A DNA stretch of 64,000 nt. Origin: Candidatus Entotheonellaceae bacterium. GTDB lineage: Bacteria; Tectomicrobia; Entotheonellia; Entotheonellales; Entotheonellaceae. The notes under the pieces are model-generated. The model ran no database searches. It saw only the letters and a program-made list of their open reading frames with translations, and was not told the DNA's origin. Of the stretch, positions 1 through 7,924 are shown in pieces; the first letter of the stretch is position 1; each line of letters starts with the position of its first letter. Where the stretch lies: assembly GCA_965238075.1 (NCBI GenBank), contig OZ250173.1:1216001-1280000 (forward strand), in the 5' to 3' direction. The position numbers were made by a program, and so were the translations under genes.

Positions 1-280
1 CTTCCGCAGCCTCGCCGTGAACGGTCGCCTGGTGACCTGCGGCGTCACTGCCGGTCATCGCGTCGACTTGCATCTGGGACAGGTGTTTACACGCGCTTTG
101 AGCATCATGGGGGTTGGGCGCGGCTCACCCGACGACATGCGCGAACTGCTGCGGCTCGTCGATCTGGGCCGCATACGTTCGGTCATCCACCAGCGTTTTC
201 CCCTGCGGGACGCCGCGGCGGCGCACCGCCTGCTGGAAAGCTCCGCGTTTTTCGGCAAGGTGGTGCTCAACCCGGCGTGA
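1..280 (+). CDS. 3' end of zinc-binding/quinone oxidoreductase (MDR family), truncated by window edge
   Basis: C-terminal 'GRLVTCGVTAG...VIHQRFPLRDAAAAHRLLESSAFFGKVVL' is typical of ADH_zinc_N_2 proteins. Confidence 0.75.
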   Translation, partial: FRSLAVNGRLVTCGVTAGHRVDLHLGQVFTRALSIMGVGRGSPDDMRELLRLVDLGRIRSVIHQRFPLRDAAAAHRLLESSAFFGKVVLNPA

Positions 281-341
281 TGCGCTGCAAGGCCGCTTTT
301 ATGGGCCTTTGCTCAAGACGCGTGAAAGGAGAGAAAGACGG

Positions 342-3300
342 ATGCCGAAACGGGACATTGAGACCTACGCGCATGCCGATAAGGAGCGCGTCAACAACCC
401 GCCTGTCGGCTTGGTCACGCCGGAGACCGACCGCGACGCGGGTCGCAGGACCTACGCCCACGACCCGCACCTGGACCCGCAACTCTCCTGGGCCGGCAAG
501 GCGGAGCATACGTCGTTCGAGGTGCCGACCGTGTCGCTGCACGTGCACGAACGGATCGACCCGCGCACCATCGTCGAAGCGGTGCGCAAGCGCAACGGCG
601 TGCAACCGCAGATGTCCTTGTTCGCCGCGCCGAAGGACAACCCGCCGCTGCGCCCGGCTATCGAGTTCTACCGGCACCGCCACAACTGGAGCAACCGCCT
701 GATTGCGGGCGACAGCCTGCTAGTCATGAACGGCCTGATCGAGAAGGAGGGTCTCGGCGGGCAGGTGCAGACGGTCTACCTCGACCCGCCCTACGGCATC
801 CGTTACGGCTCCAACTTCCAGCCCTTCGTAAACCGGCGCGAGGTCACCGACGGCAAGGACGAGGACCTGACCGGCGAGCCGGAGCAGATTCGCGCCTTCC
901 GGGACACCTGGGAACTCGGCATTCACTCCTACCTCGCGTACCTCCGGGACCGCTTGCTGCTGGCACGCGAGTTGCTGCACGCGAGCGGAAGCTGTTTCGT
1001 GCAGATAGGCGATGAGAACGTCCATTGCGTTGGCATGGCCATGGACGAGATCTTCGGGGCCGAGAACAGGGTGGCTACCATCTCCTACGCGACCACGGGC
1101 GGCAGTTCAGCCAACACGCTCCCGCAGGTGGCCGACTATCTGCTGTGGTATGCCAGGGATCGGAGGCGCGTGAAGTATCGGCAATTGTATGAACCTCTGA
1201 CGCGAGCCGAAGTGATCCAATTTTTCAGTTCATATGTCATGGTTGAGCTGCCCGGCGGAGAGTGCCGCAAACCGACCCTGGAAGAGTGTTTCGACCCAAA
1301 TAGTTATCTGCCGGAAGGGACGCGCATCTATCGCCGCATGCCTTTGTTATCGCGGGGCGGCTCCACGACCGGCCGCTCAGAGCCCTATGAGTGGAACAGT
1401 CAAGTCTTTCATTGCCCAACGGGTCAGCAGTGGCGGGTATCAAATCCGGAAGGGCTGGACCGGCTGGCTGAGTTAGGCCGACTGGATGCTGCTGGAGCCC
1501 AAAGTTCCTTAAGTTGGAAACGATACGAAGACGAGGTTCCCGGTCGGCGCATCAACAATATCTGGGCGCCGCCGATGTCGCCTAAAGACAAGCACTATGT
1601 AGTCGAAACCGCAACCAGCGTCATCCAGCGCTGCATCCTGATGACTACTGACCCCGGCGACCTAGTATTCGATCCTACCTGCGGCTCCGGCACCACCGCC
1701 TATGTCGCCGAACAATGGGGCCGGCGCTGGATGACCTGCGACACCTCGCGGGTAGCTATCGCTATTGCCCGGCAGCGGCTGATGACCTCAAATTACGACT
1801 ACTACGAGCTGGCCCATCCCGACGAGGGTGTCGGCGCCGGGTTCCGCTACCGCAGCGTTGCCACCGTCTCGGCGCGGATCCTGGGCTACGACGAGCCGCC
1901 CAATAGAACCCTGCTCTACGACCAGCCCCATAGCGACCGCAAGAAGGCCCGTGTCACCGGTCCGTTCACCGTGGAGGCGGTGCCGGCTCCCGTCGTCACG
2001 ACGGTAGACGAGATCATGGATGCTCCTCCTGCCCCTGACGTAAGCACCGCCGACCTGTCCATCGCCCGCTCCGGCGAAACCCTGCGGCAAAGCGACTGGC
2101 GCGACGAATTGCTCAAGACCGGCATTCGCGGCAAAGCAGGGCAGCGCATCTCGTTCGCGCGGCTGGAACCATTGCCGGGAACCCGCTGGCTGCACGCCGA
2201 GGGCGAGACGCACCCGGACGCCGCCGGCGCCGACCACGTGCATGAATCCGCCACCGCCTACGCGCCCACGCCTCTTGTGGTCTCGTTCGGGCCGCACCAC
2301 GCACCGCTGGAGCAGCGGCAGGTCGCCCGTGCCATCGAGGAGGCGCAAAGCCTCGTCCCGAAGCCGAAGATCATCATCTTCGCGGCGTTTCAGTTCGACC
2401 CCGAGGCGGCCAAGGACATCGACGAGACCCACTGGCCGGGCGTCACGCTGCTCAAGGCGCAGATGAACGCCGACTTGCTGACCGAGGACCTGAAGAAGAA
2501 GCGGGCAAGCAACGAGAGCTTCTGGCTGATCGGCCAGCCGGAGGTGGAAGTTTCGAGTTTTCAGTTTTTTGTTTTTGGTGAGGGGCAGCGGAGGATTGGC
2601 GAATATGGAGCGTTCAAGAAGCTATCGGGACTTGATCGTCTGGAAGAGATCAATCGGCTTGATTGGCAAGCTCTATTCCTATACGCGCTCCTTTCCCAGG
2701 GAAGAGACGTATGGCATTACCTCGCAGATACGCAGGGCTGGGATTTCGATAGCGGCCAATATCGCGGAAGGCCAGGCCAGAAACACGAGCGGGGAGTTCC
2801 GGCAGTTTCTTGGAATAGCCCAAGGCTCGTTGGCGGAATTGGAAACGCTACTGACGATCTCGCAGAATTTGGGATATATGACCTCGCCGGAGGCCGAAGG
2901 GTTATTCAGCGACTGCGAGGCGATCGGCAGGTTGTTGGCAGGCTTGCAGAAGTCGCTGAAGCCCTGAATTTTCCCATCCAACCCCGCACTCAAAACTATC
3001 AACTCAAAACTCAAAACTTGCACAGCCTCGCCGTGCACGGCTTCGACTACTACAACACCAAGACCGGCAACGTCGAATCCGGCGGCTCGGAACGTATCGC
3101 CCTGTGGATGCTCGACCCGGACTATGACGGGCGCAGCCTGTTTCCGCGCCAGGTGTTCTTCCCCACGGCCGGCGGCAATGGAGGCTGGGCGAGATTGGCC
3201 CGCCATCTCAAGGCCGAGATCGACGAGAGCCGGATGGAAGCCTATCGGGGCACCGTCTCGCTGCCGTTTGAGGCGGGGGAGCATCGACGGGCGGCGGTGA

Positions 3301-3353
3301 AGATTGTGGACGACCGCGGGATCGAGAGTTTGAAAATCGTGGAGTTGGGGTAA
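342..3353 (+). CDS. mod: Type III-like restriction-modification adenine methyltransferase (Mod), beta-class, with ~155-aa in-frame insertion near C-terminus
   Basis: AAGGAG RBS before ATG 342; motif IV 'YLDPPYGI' precedes motif I 'VFDPTCGSGTT'; C-terminal 'GFDYYNTKTG...WMLDPDYDGRS...AAVKIVDDRGIESLKI'; upstream of Res. Confidence 0.93.
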   Translation: MPKRDIETYAHADKERVNNPPVGLVTPETDRDAGRRTYAHDPHLDPQLSWAGKAEHTSFEVPTVSLHVHERIDPRTIVEAVRKRNGVQPQMSLFAAPKDNPPLRPAIEFYRHRHNWSNRLIAGDSLLVMNGLIEKEGLGGQVQTVYLDPPYGIRYGSNFQPFVNRREVTDGKDEDLTGEPEQIRAFRDTWELGIHSYLAYLRDRLLLARELLHASGSCFVQIGDENVHCVGMAMDEIFGAENRVATISYATTGGSSANTLPQVADYLLWYARDRRRVKYRQLYEPLTRAEVIQFFSSYVMVELPGGECRKPTLEECFDPNSYLPEGTRIYRRMPLLSRGGSTTGRSEPYEWNSQVFHCPTGQQWRVSNPEGLDRLAELGRLDAAGAQSSLSWKRYEDEVPGRRINNIWAPPMSPKDKHYVVETATSVIQRCILMTTDPGDLVFDPTCGSGTTAYVAEQWGRRWMTCDTSRVAIAIARQRLMTSNYDYYELAHPDEGVGAGFRYRSVATVSARILGYDEPPNRTLLYDQPHSDRKKARVTGPFTVEAVPAPVVTTVDEIMDAPPAPDVSTADLSIARSGETLRQSDWRDELLKTGIRGKAGQRISFARLEPLPGTRWLHAEGETHPDAAGADHVHESATAYAPTPLVVSFGPHHAPLEQRQVARAIEEAQSLVPKPKIIIFAAFQFDPEAAKDIDETHWPGVTLLKAQMNADLLTEDLKKKRASNESFWLIGQPEVEVSSFQFFVFGEGQRRIGEYGAFKKLSGLDRLEEINRLDWQALFLYALLSQGRDVWHYLADTQGWDFDSGQYRGRPGQKHERGVPAVSWNSPRLVGGIGNATDDLAEFGIYDLAGGRRVIQRLRGDRQVVGRLAEVAEALNFPIQPRTQNYQLKTQNLHSLAVHGFDYYNTKTGNVESGGSERIALWMLDPDYDGRSLFPRQVFFPTAGGNGGWARLARHLKAEIDESRMEAYRGTVSLPFEAGEHRRAAVKIVDDRGIESLKIVELG
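2548..3019. mobile_element. Intervening element inside mod: inverted heptamer-repeat arms enclosing a four-helix-bundle gene
   Basis: Left arm a-agtttcg-agttttc-agttttt-tgttttt-ggtg (2548-2580); right arm cact-caaaact-atcaact-caaaact-caaaact-t (2987-3019) is its imperfect reverse complement; interior is less GC-rich than flanking mod; separates 'WLIGQPEVE' from 'VHGFDYYN'. Confidence 0.8.
2605..2967 (+). CDS. Four helix bundle protein (23S rRNA intervening-sequence protein family, structurally related to DGR Avd), nested in mod in the +1 frame
   Basis: GGAGG at 2590-2594, ATG 2605; 120 aa with family motifs 'SYRDLIVW', 'FPREETYGITSQIRRAGISIAANIAEGQAR', 'FRQFLGIAQGSLAELET'. Confidence 0.92.
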   Translation: MERSRSYRDLIVWKRSIGLIGKLYSYTRSFPREETYGITSQIRRAGISIAANIAEGQARNTSGEFRQFLGIAQGSLAELETLLTISQNLGYMTSPEAEGLFSDCEAIGRLLAGLQKSLKP

Positions 3354-4135
3354 TGGCGCAAACGAAAAAAGGCAAGGCGCTTGAACGGTTGCGGAAAGCG
3401 CTGGATGAAATGCCTGAACTGAAACAATTTCGGCTGGACTCGCCATCATTCAAAAAATGGCGAAGAGATACAGAGGTGGCCATCACCAACACGTTTGATA
3501 GCGAATCAAGCCACATCAACGATTTCCAAAAAGAGATCCTTTCATATGTTAATGACGCATCCGATGCAGAGGTTCGGGAATCAGTGAAGGCGATACTCGA
3601 ATCCATGGTTGATGAGATCAACAAGTACTGGGGAGATGAAAGCGAGGCGTCGCGGTCTTCCGATAGTCACAGGGATGGACAGATAAACACGAAAGAAGTC
3701 TTCATTGTTCACGGCAGGAACAAAGGTGCCCGTGAAAAGGTAGCGAGGTTTCTGGAAAGGTTGGAACTCAAACCCGTGGTGCTGCACGAACAGCCGAATG
3801 AAGGCCGCACAATTATCGAAAAGTTTGAGGATTTTGCGCATGTCGGGTTCGCCGTGGTTCTGCTGACGCCGGACGACATAGGCAGGCTGCAAGACGATGC
3901 GGGCGACTTCAGACCTCGCGCAAGGCAAAACGTCATTTTCGAGTTCGGGTACTTTATCGGAAAACTCGGTCGGGAGCGTGTCTGCGCTTTGGTGAAAGGG
4001 AACGTGGAAAGGCCGTCGGACTACGATGGCGTTGTTTACGTTCCATTGGACGACCTGGGTGGGTGGGAAATGAAGCTTGTCCGGGAGTTGACAAGCGTTG
4101 GATACAAGATCGACCTGAACCGGTTAGTGACATGA
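3353..4135 (+). CDS. TIR-like domain nucleotide-binding protein (CAP12/Pycsar-type TIR) with N-terminal helical domain
   Basis: 'VFIVHGRN...VLHEQPNEGRTIIEKFE...FAVVLLTPDD...RARQNVIFEFGYFIGKLGRERV'; TAATG overlap with mod stop. Confidence 0.88.
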   Translation: MAQTKKGKALERLRKALDEMPELKQFRLDSPSFKKWRRDTEVAITNTFDSESSHINDFQKEILSYVNDASDAEVRESVKAILESMVDEINKYWGDESEASRSSDSHRDGQINTKEVFIVHGRNKGAREKVARFLERLELKPVVLHEQPNEGRTIIEKFEDFAHVGFAVVLLTPDDIGRLQDDAGDFRPRARQNVIFEFGYFIGKLGRERVCALVKGNVERPSDYDGVVYVPLDDLGGWEMKLVRELTSVGYKIDLNRLVT

Positions 4136-4443
4136 ACGCACGTATCGACATACCGTCTGACAAAATCGCTGCCTTCTGTCAGCGTTGGCAGATCACGCGC
4201 CTTGCGCTGTTCGGATCGATATTGCGCGACGACTTCGGGTCCGATAGCGATATTGATGTTCTCGTTAAATTCAATGAAACGGCGCACCCCACGCTGTTCG
4301 ACATGAGCCGAATGGAAGCAGAGTTGAAGGCGATTCTGGGGCGCGAGGTCGATCTCGTCAGCCAGCGCGGTGTAGAGAGGAGCCGCAATTTCCTGCGCCG
4401 AAAAGCGATATTGGAATCCGCGGAACTCGTCTATGGATCGTGA
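4132..4443 (+). CDS. Minimal nucleotidyltransferase antitoxin (MntA-like)
   Basis: 'LALFGSILRDDFGSDSDIDVLV' GS..D.D motif; ATGA overlap with TIR gene. Confidence 0.9.
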   Translation: MNARIDIPSDKIAAFCQRWQITRLALFGSILRDDFGSDSDIDVLVKFNETAHPTLFDMSRMEAELKAILGREVDLVSQRGVERSRNFLRRKAILESAELVYGS

Positions 4444-4774
4444 TACCGGATCTATTCTCGATATCCTCGAATCGGCCCGGACGATAATGGCCTATGTCAC
4501 AGGCGTTACGCGCCAGGAGTTTTTGCGGGCTACTCAAATTCAGGATTCCGTCATTCGTCGCCTTGAGATCATCGGCGAGGCAGCGGGACGCATCTCACCG
4601 GGATTTCGCGACACGCATCCGGAAATTCAGTGGTCCGAAATAAGGGGAATGCGAAACCGGATGACCCATGGATACGACGACATTGATATGGATATCGTGT
4701 GGGACACTGTTGAGCGCGATATCCCGCATCTCATTCAAATTATTGAATCACTTGCACCACCGAAGACCGAATAG
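4433..4774 (+). CDS. HEPN/DUF86 ribonuclease toxin (HepT-like)
   Basis: 'RRLEIIGEAA' and R-x4-H-x-Y motif 'RNRMTHGYDDID...VWDTV'; follows MNT gene. Confidence 0.9.
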   Translation: MDRDTGSILDILESARTIMAYVTGVTRQEFLRATQIQDSVIRRLEIIGEAAGRISPGFRDTHPEIQWSEIRGMRNRMTHGYDDIDMDIVWDTVERDIPHLIQIIESLAPPKTE

Positions 4775-7590
4775 TGGCCCAAACGACCATCGATCGCCTG
4801 ATCGTCAACTCGCCCTACGAAGAGCCGGCGAAGCACTGGCAGTACGACCGGGTCACGCGCTCGTTCGGCCTTGCGGAGGGCCGGCGACCGGCGGGGTATG
4901 TTGTCGCTTCCCAAGACTCCAAGGCGTTTGACGACCCCGGTGTGTTTGTCGAAATTCCCTTGGTCAATCAGATCCGGCCGCGTGTCAAGGCATGGCGTGA
5001 AGCCGGGTATCCGGGCGTCACCGGCATGACCAAGCGGCTGCTGGCGCACTGGACCGACCCGGAGGAGTTTGACAGCCGGCGGTTCTTCTTCTGCCAGCTC
5101 GAGGCGGTGGAGACGCTCATCTGGCTCATTGAGGCGCCGGCGGCTGAAAAGGTGGGCGTGCAGATTCCTTCCGCTGGCGGCGCGTTCAGGCGACTGTGCG
5201 CGAAGATGGCCACCGGCTCAGGCAAAACCGTCGTCATGGCAATGGTGGCGGCGTGGCACATCCTGAACAAGGTGACATCGCCCCAGGACACCCGATTCGC
5301 CAGGCACATCCTGGTTGTCGCGCCGGGGCTCACGGTCAGGAACCGCCTGGCGGTGTTGGAGCCGTCCCACCCGGAGAACTATTACGACGCCTTCCGAATC
5401 GTGCCGTCAGCCTTGCTTGACAAGCTGCGGCAAGGCAAGGTCGTGATCCGCAACTGGCACGCGCTCAACTGGGAGGGTGGGGGCAAAATCGCCGCCAAGC
5501 GCGGCGTGGACAAGCGCGGCGCCAAAAGCGACGAAGCGTATGTGCGCGACGTGCTCGGAGACATGGCGCGGGCGCGGAACATCCTGGTCATTAACGACGA
5601 GGCGCATCACGCCTGGCGCGTTCCCGCCGAATCCAAGATGAAGGGCGTGGCGAAGGCCGACATCGACGAGGCTACCAAGTGGATTGGCGGCCTCGACCGC
5701 ATCCACAGGGCGCGGGGCATTCTGACCTGCTACGACTTCTCGGCCACCCCTTTCGCGCCGTCAGGCAAGCGGAGTTCCGAGGAGGCGTTGTTCGGCTGGA
5801 TCGTGAGCGACTTCGGCCTGAACGACGCCATCGAATCGGGTCTGGTCAAGACCCCGCGCGTGGTGATCCGGGACGACGCGGTGCCCGATGCCAAGACTTA
5901 CAGATCCCGCCTCTATCACATCTACAACGATGCGGAGGTCAAAGACGACCTGAACCGCCACGCCAAGACGGAAGAACCGCTGCCCGATCTGGTCCTGAAC
6001 GGTTATTACCTGCTCGGCTACGACTGGCGCGAGACGGCGAAGGACTGGAGCGACAAGGGATTCCAGACCCCGCCGGTCATGATTACCGTTGCCAACCGCA
6101 CGGAGACGGCAGCTCGCATCAAGTACGCGTTTGGCCACAAGAGGGTCCATATCGAGGAACTATGCGACCCGGCGCGCACCCTTCACATCGACTCGAAGGT
6201 GCTCGAAGCGGCTGAGGCTGCTGAAGAAGTTTTAAGTGGCAAGTTTTCAGTGGATGCCAGCAAGGACGGTCTAAAAACTGAAAACGTAAAACCGCCAACC
6301 AAGAAGCAGCAAGCCGAGCTGCTGCGCCGGCAGGTGGACAGCGTGGGCCGGCTTGGCAAGGAGGGCGAGCGGATACAGAACGTGATTTCCGTTGGCATGC
6401 TCTCCGAGGGATGGGACGCAAAGACCGTAACCCACATCATGGGATTGCGCGCGTTCACCAGCCAGCTTCTCTGCGAGCAGGTGGTCGGCCGCGGCCTGCG
6501 TCGCACCTCCTATGAAGTGGACCCGAGTAGCGGTCTGTTCAAGCCGGAATACGTCAACATTTTCGGCGTGCCCTTTACGTTTCTGCCCCACGAGGGGGGA
6601 ACGGACGGCCCACCGCCGCCGCCGGAACCAAAGACGGCTATCGAGCCGGTAGCGGACCAGGCGGGTTTCGAAATCTCCTGGCCGAACGTGATCCGCATCG
6701 ACCACGGCTTCCGTCCGCACCTGTCCCTGGATTGGCAGGCGCTGCAGCCCCTGGAACTCGACGCCAGCCAGACGGCCAGGCTCGCCGAGCTTGCTCCGAT
6801 CGTCGAAGGCAAGCCCGACGTGTCGAAGATCGAGGCGATCGACCTGGGAAAGCTGGCGACAGAGTTTCGTACGCAGCGCATCGTCTTTGAGACGGCGCGG
6901 GACGTGTACGATCTGATGCAGCCGAACTGGCCGGGCGGCAAGGCGTTGCTGCTGGCCCAGCTGGTGCGGTTGATCGAGCAATTCATTCGCTCGGATAGCA
7001 TCAGGATTACCCCGGCCCTGTTCCGGCATGACGATCTCAAGCGCCGCCTCATCATCACGCTCAACATGACCAAGGTTGTGCAGCATGTCTGGGAGGGCAT
7101 CCGCTTCGAGAATACCGAAAGACTGGAGCCGGTGTTCGACCGGGACCGGCCCATCCGTTCTACGGGTGACATGGCGACGTGGTACACGGGCAAGCCGTGC
7201 GAACGCGCGGCACGCAGTCACATCAACTTCTGCGTCTACGACGGCACCTGGGAGGCAACGGAGGCCTTCGCCCTCGATCATGCCGACGAGGTGGCTGCCT
7301 GGGTGAAGAACGATCACCTCGGTTTCGAGGCGTTCTACGTTCACCGAGGCGTGGTGCGGAAGTACCGCCCGGATTTCCTGATCCGGCTCTCCTCGGGCGA
7401 CATGCTGGTTCTGGAGGTCAAGGGGCAAGACAGCGATCGGGACCAGACCAAGCGCCGATTCCTCGACGAATGGGTACGCGCCGTCAATGCCCATGGTGGC
7501 TTCGGTCGCTGGGCCTGGGACGTGTCGAAATCTCCCAGCGACATTCGCGACATCCTCGCAAAGCGCGCCCATGCGGCGTCTACTGCTTGA
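4774..7590 (+). CDS. res: Type III-like restriction endonuclease/helicase subunit (Res)
   Basis: Walker A 'MATGSGKT', 'NDEAHH', 'SATP', 'MLSEGWDA', 'EQVVGRGLRR', C-terminal PD-(D/E)xK 'YRPDFLIRL...LEVKG'; GTG start overlapping HEPN stop. Confidence 0.93.
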   Translation: MAQTTIDRLIVNSPYEEPAKHWQYDRVTRSFGLAEGRRPAGYVVASQDSKAFDDPGVFVEIPLVNQIRPRVKAWREAGYPGVTGMTKRLLAHWTDPEEFDSRRFFFCQLEAVETLIWLIEAPAAEKVGVQIPSAGGAFRRLCAKMATGSGKTVVMAMVAAWHILNKVTSPQDTRFARHILVVAPGLTVRNRLAVLEPSHPENYYDAFRIVPSALLDKLRQGKVVIRNWHALNWEGGGKIAAKRGVDKRGAKSDEAYVRDVLGDMARARNILVINDEAHHAWRVPAESKMKGVAKADIDEATKWIGGLDRIHRARGILTCYDFSATPFAPSGKRSSEEALFGWIVSDFGLNDAIESGLVKTPRVVIRDDAVPDAKTYRSRLYHIYNDAEVKDDLNRHAKTEEPLPDLVLNGYYLLGYDWRETAKDWSDKGFQTPPVMITVANRTETAARIKYAFGHKRVHIEELCDPARTLHIDSKVLEAAEAAEEVLSGKFSVDASKDGLKTENVKPPTKKQQAELLRRQVDSVGRLGKEGERIQNVISVGMLSEGWDAKTVTHIMGLRAFTSQLLCEQVVGRGLRRTSYEVDPSSGLFKPEYVNIFGVPFTFLPHEGGTDGPPPPPEPKTAIEPVADQAGFEISWPNVIRIDHGFRPHLSLDWQALQPLELDASQTARLAELAPIVEGKPDVSKIEAIDLGKLATEFRTQRIVFETARDVYDLMQPNWPGGKALLLAQLVRLIEQFIRSDSIRITPALFRHDDLKRRLIITLNMTKVVQHVWEGIRFENTERLEPVFDRDRPIRSTGDMATWYTGKPCERAARSHINFCVYDGTWEATEAFALDHADEVAAWVKNDHLGFEAFYVHRGVVRKYRPDFLIRLSSGDMLVLEVKGQDSDRDQTKRRFLDEWVRAVNAHGGFGRWAWDVSKSPSDIRDILAKRAHAASTA
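6228..6300. repeat. Gene-less heptamer inverted-repeat hairpin in frame within res
   Basis: agtttta-agtggca-agttttc-agtggat ... aaaaact-gaaaacg-taaaacc-gccaacc; perfect core gttttcagt (6243-6251) / actgaaaac (6277-6285); AT-rich patch in GC-rich gene. Confidence 0.65.
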
Positions 7591-7652
7591 AAATTCGGAG
7601 GGTTGACCGACTGCTTGCGCTGGAGGTCCTGGAGGTAGAATCAATCCCATGA
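7587..7652 (+). pseudogene. Possible internally deleted HicA-type toxin remnant (21 codons)
   Basis: TTG overlaps res stop and TGA overlaps HicB ATG; 'MKIRRVDRLL' resembles a HicA N-terminus; occupies the hicA position. Confidence 0.35.
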
Positions 7653-7894
7653 TCGACTTGAAATACGACCTAGTCATTGAAGCTACGGCCGACCCGAACT
7701 TCTTCGGGTTTTATTCTCCGGATTTGGAAGGGTTCACCGGGGTGGGACACTCGATAGAGGATTGCCTTTATAAGGCCAGATGGGGCATGGAAGAGCATGT
7801 TGGGTTGCTGCGCGAACAAGAAATGCCTGTCCCTGATATGAACGCTGCCCCGACGATCATCATCCGAAATGAGCCTGAGAAGGCTGTGGTATAG
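7649..7894 (+). CDS. HicB-like antitoxin
   Basis: 'FYSPDLEGFTGVGHSIEDCL...EEHVGLLREQEMPVP' HicB-like pattern; GGAGG upstream. Confidence 0.8.
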   Translation: MIDLKYDLVIEATADPNFFGFYSPDLEGFTGVGHSIEDCLYKARWGMEEHVGLLREQEMPVPDMNAAPTIIIRNEPEKAVV

Positions 7895-7924
7895 CCCGCA
7901 AGATCAAGTTGAATATCACTGCCC

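Noticed and set aside
114-341. 5' extension of the Mod ORF to 114
   Set aside because: It overlaps the upstream dehydrogenase; the RBS and family-typical N-terminus point to ATG 342.
2548-3019. Intein, group I/II intron or DGR explanation for the mod insertion
   Set aside because: There is no C-terminal His-Asn intein end or Hint motifs in the Mod frame, no recognisable intron core, and no reverse transcriptase or TR/VR pair in the window.
2679-3449. 256-aa minus-strand ORF over the insertion
   Set aside because: No recognisable motifs; antisense shadow of mod and the nested gene.
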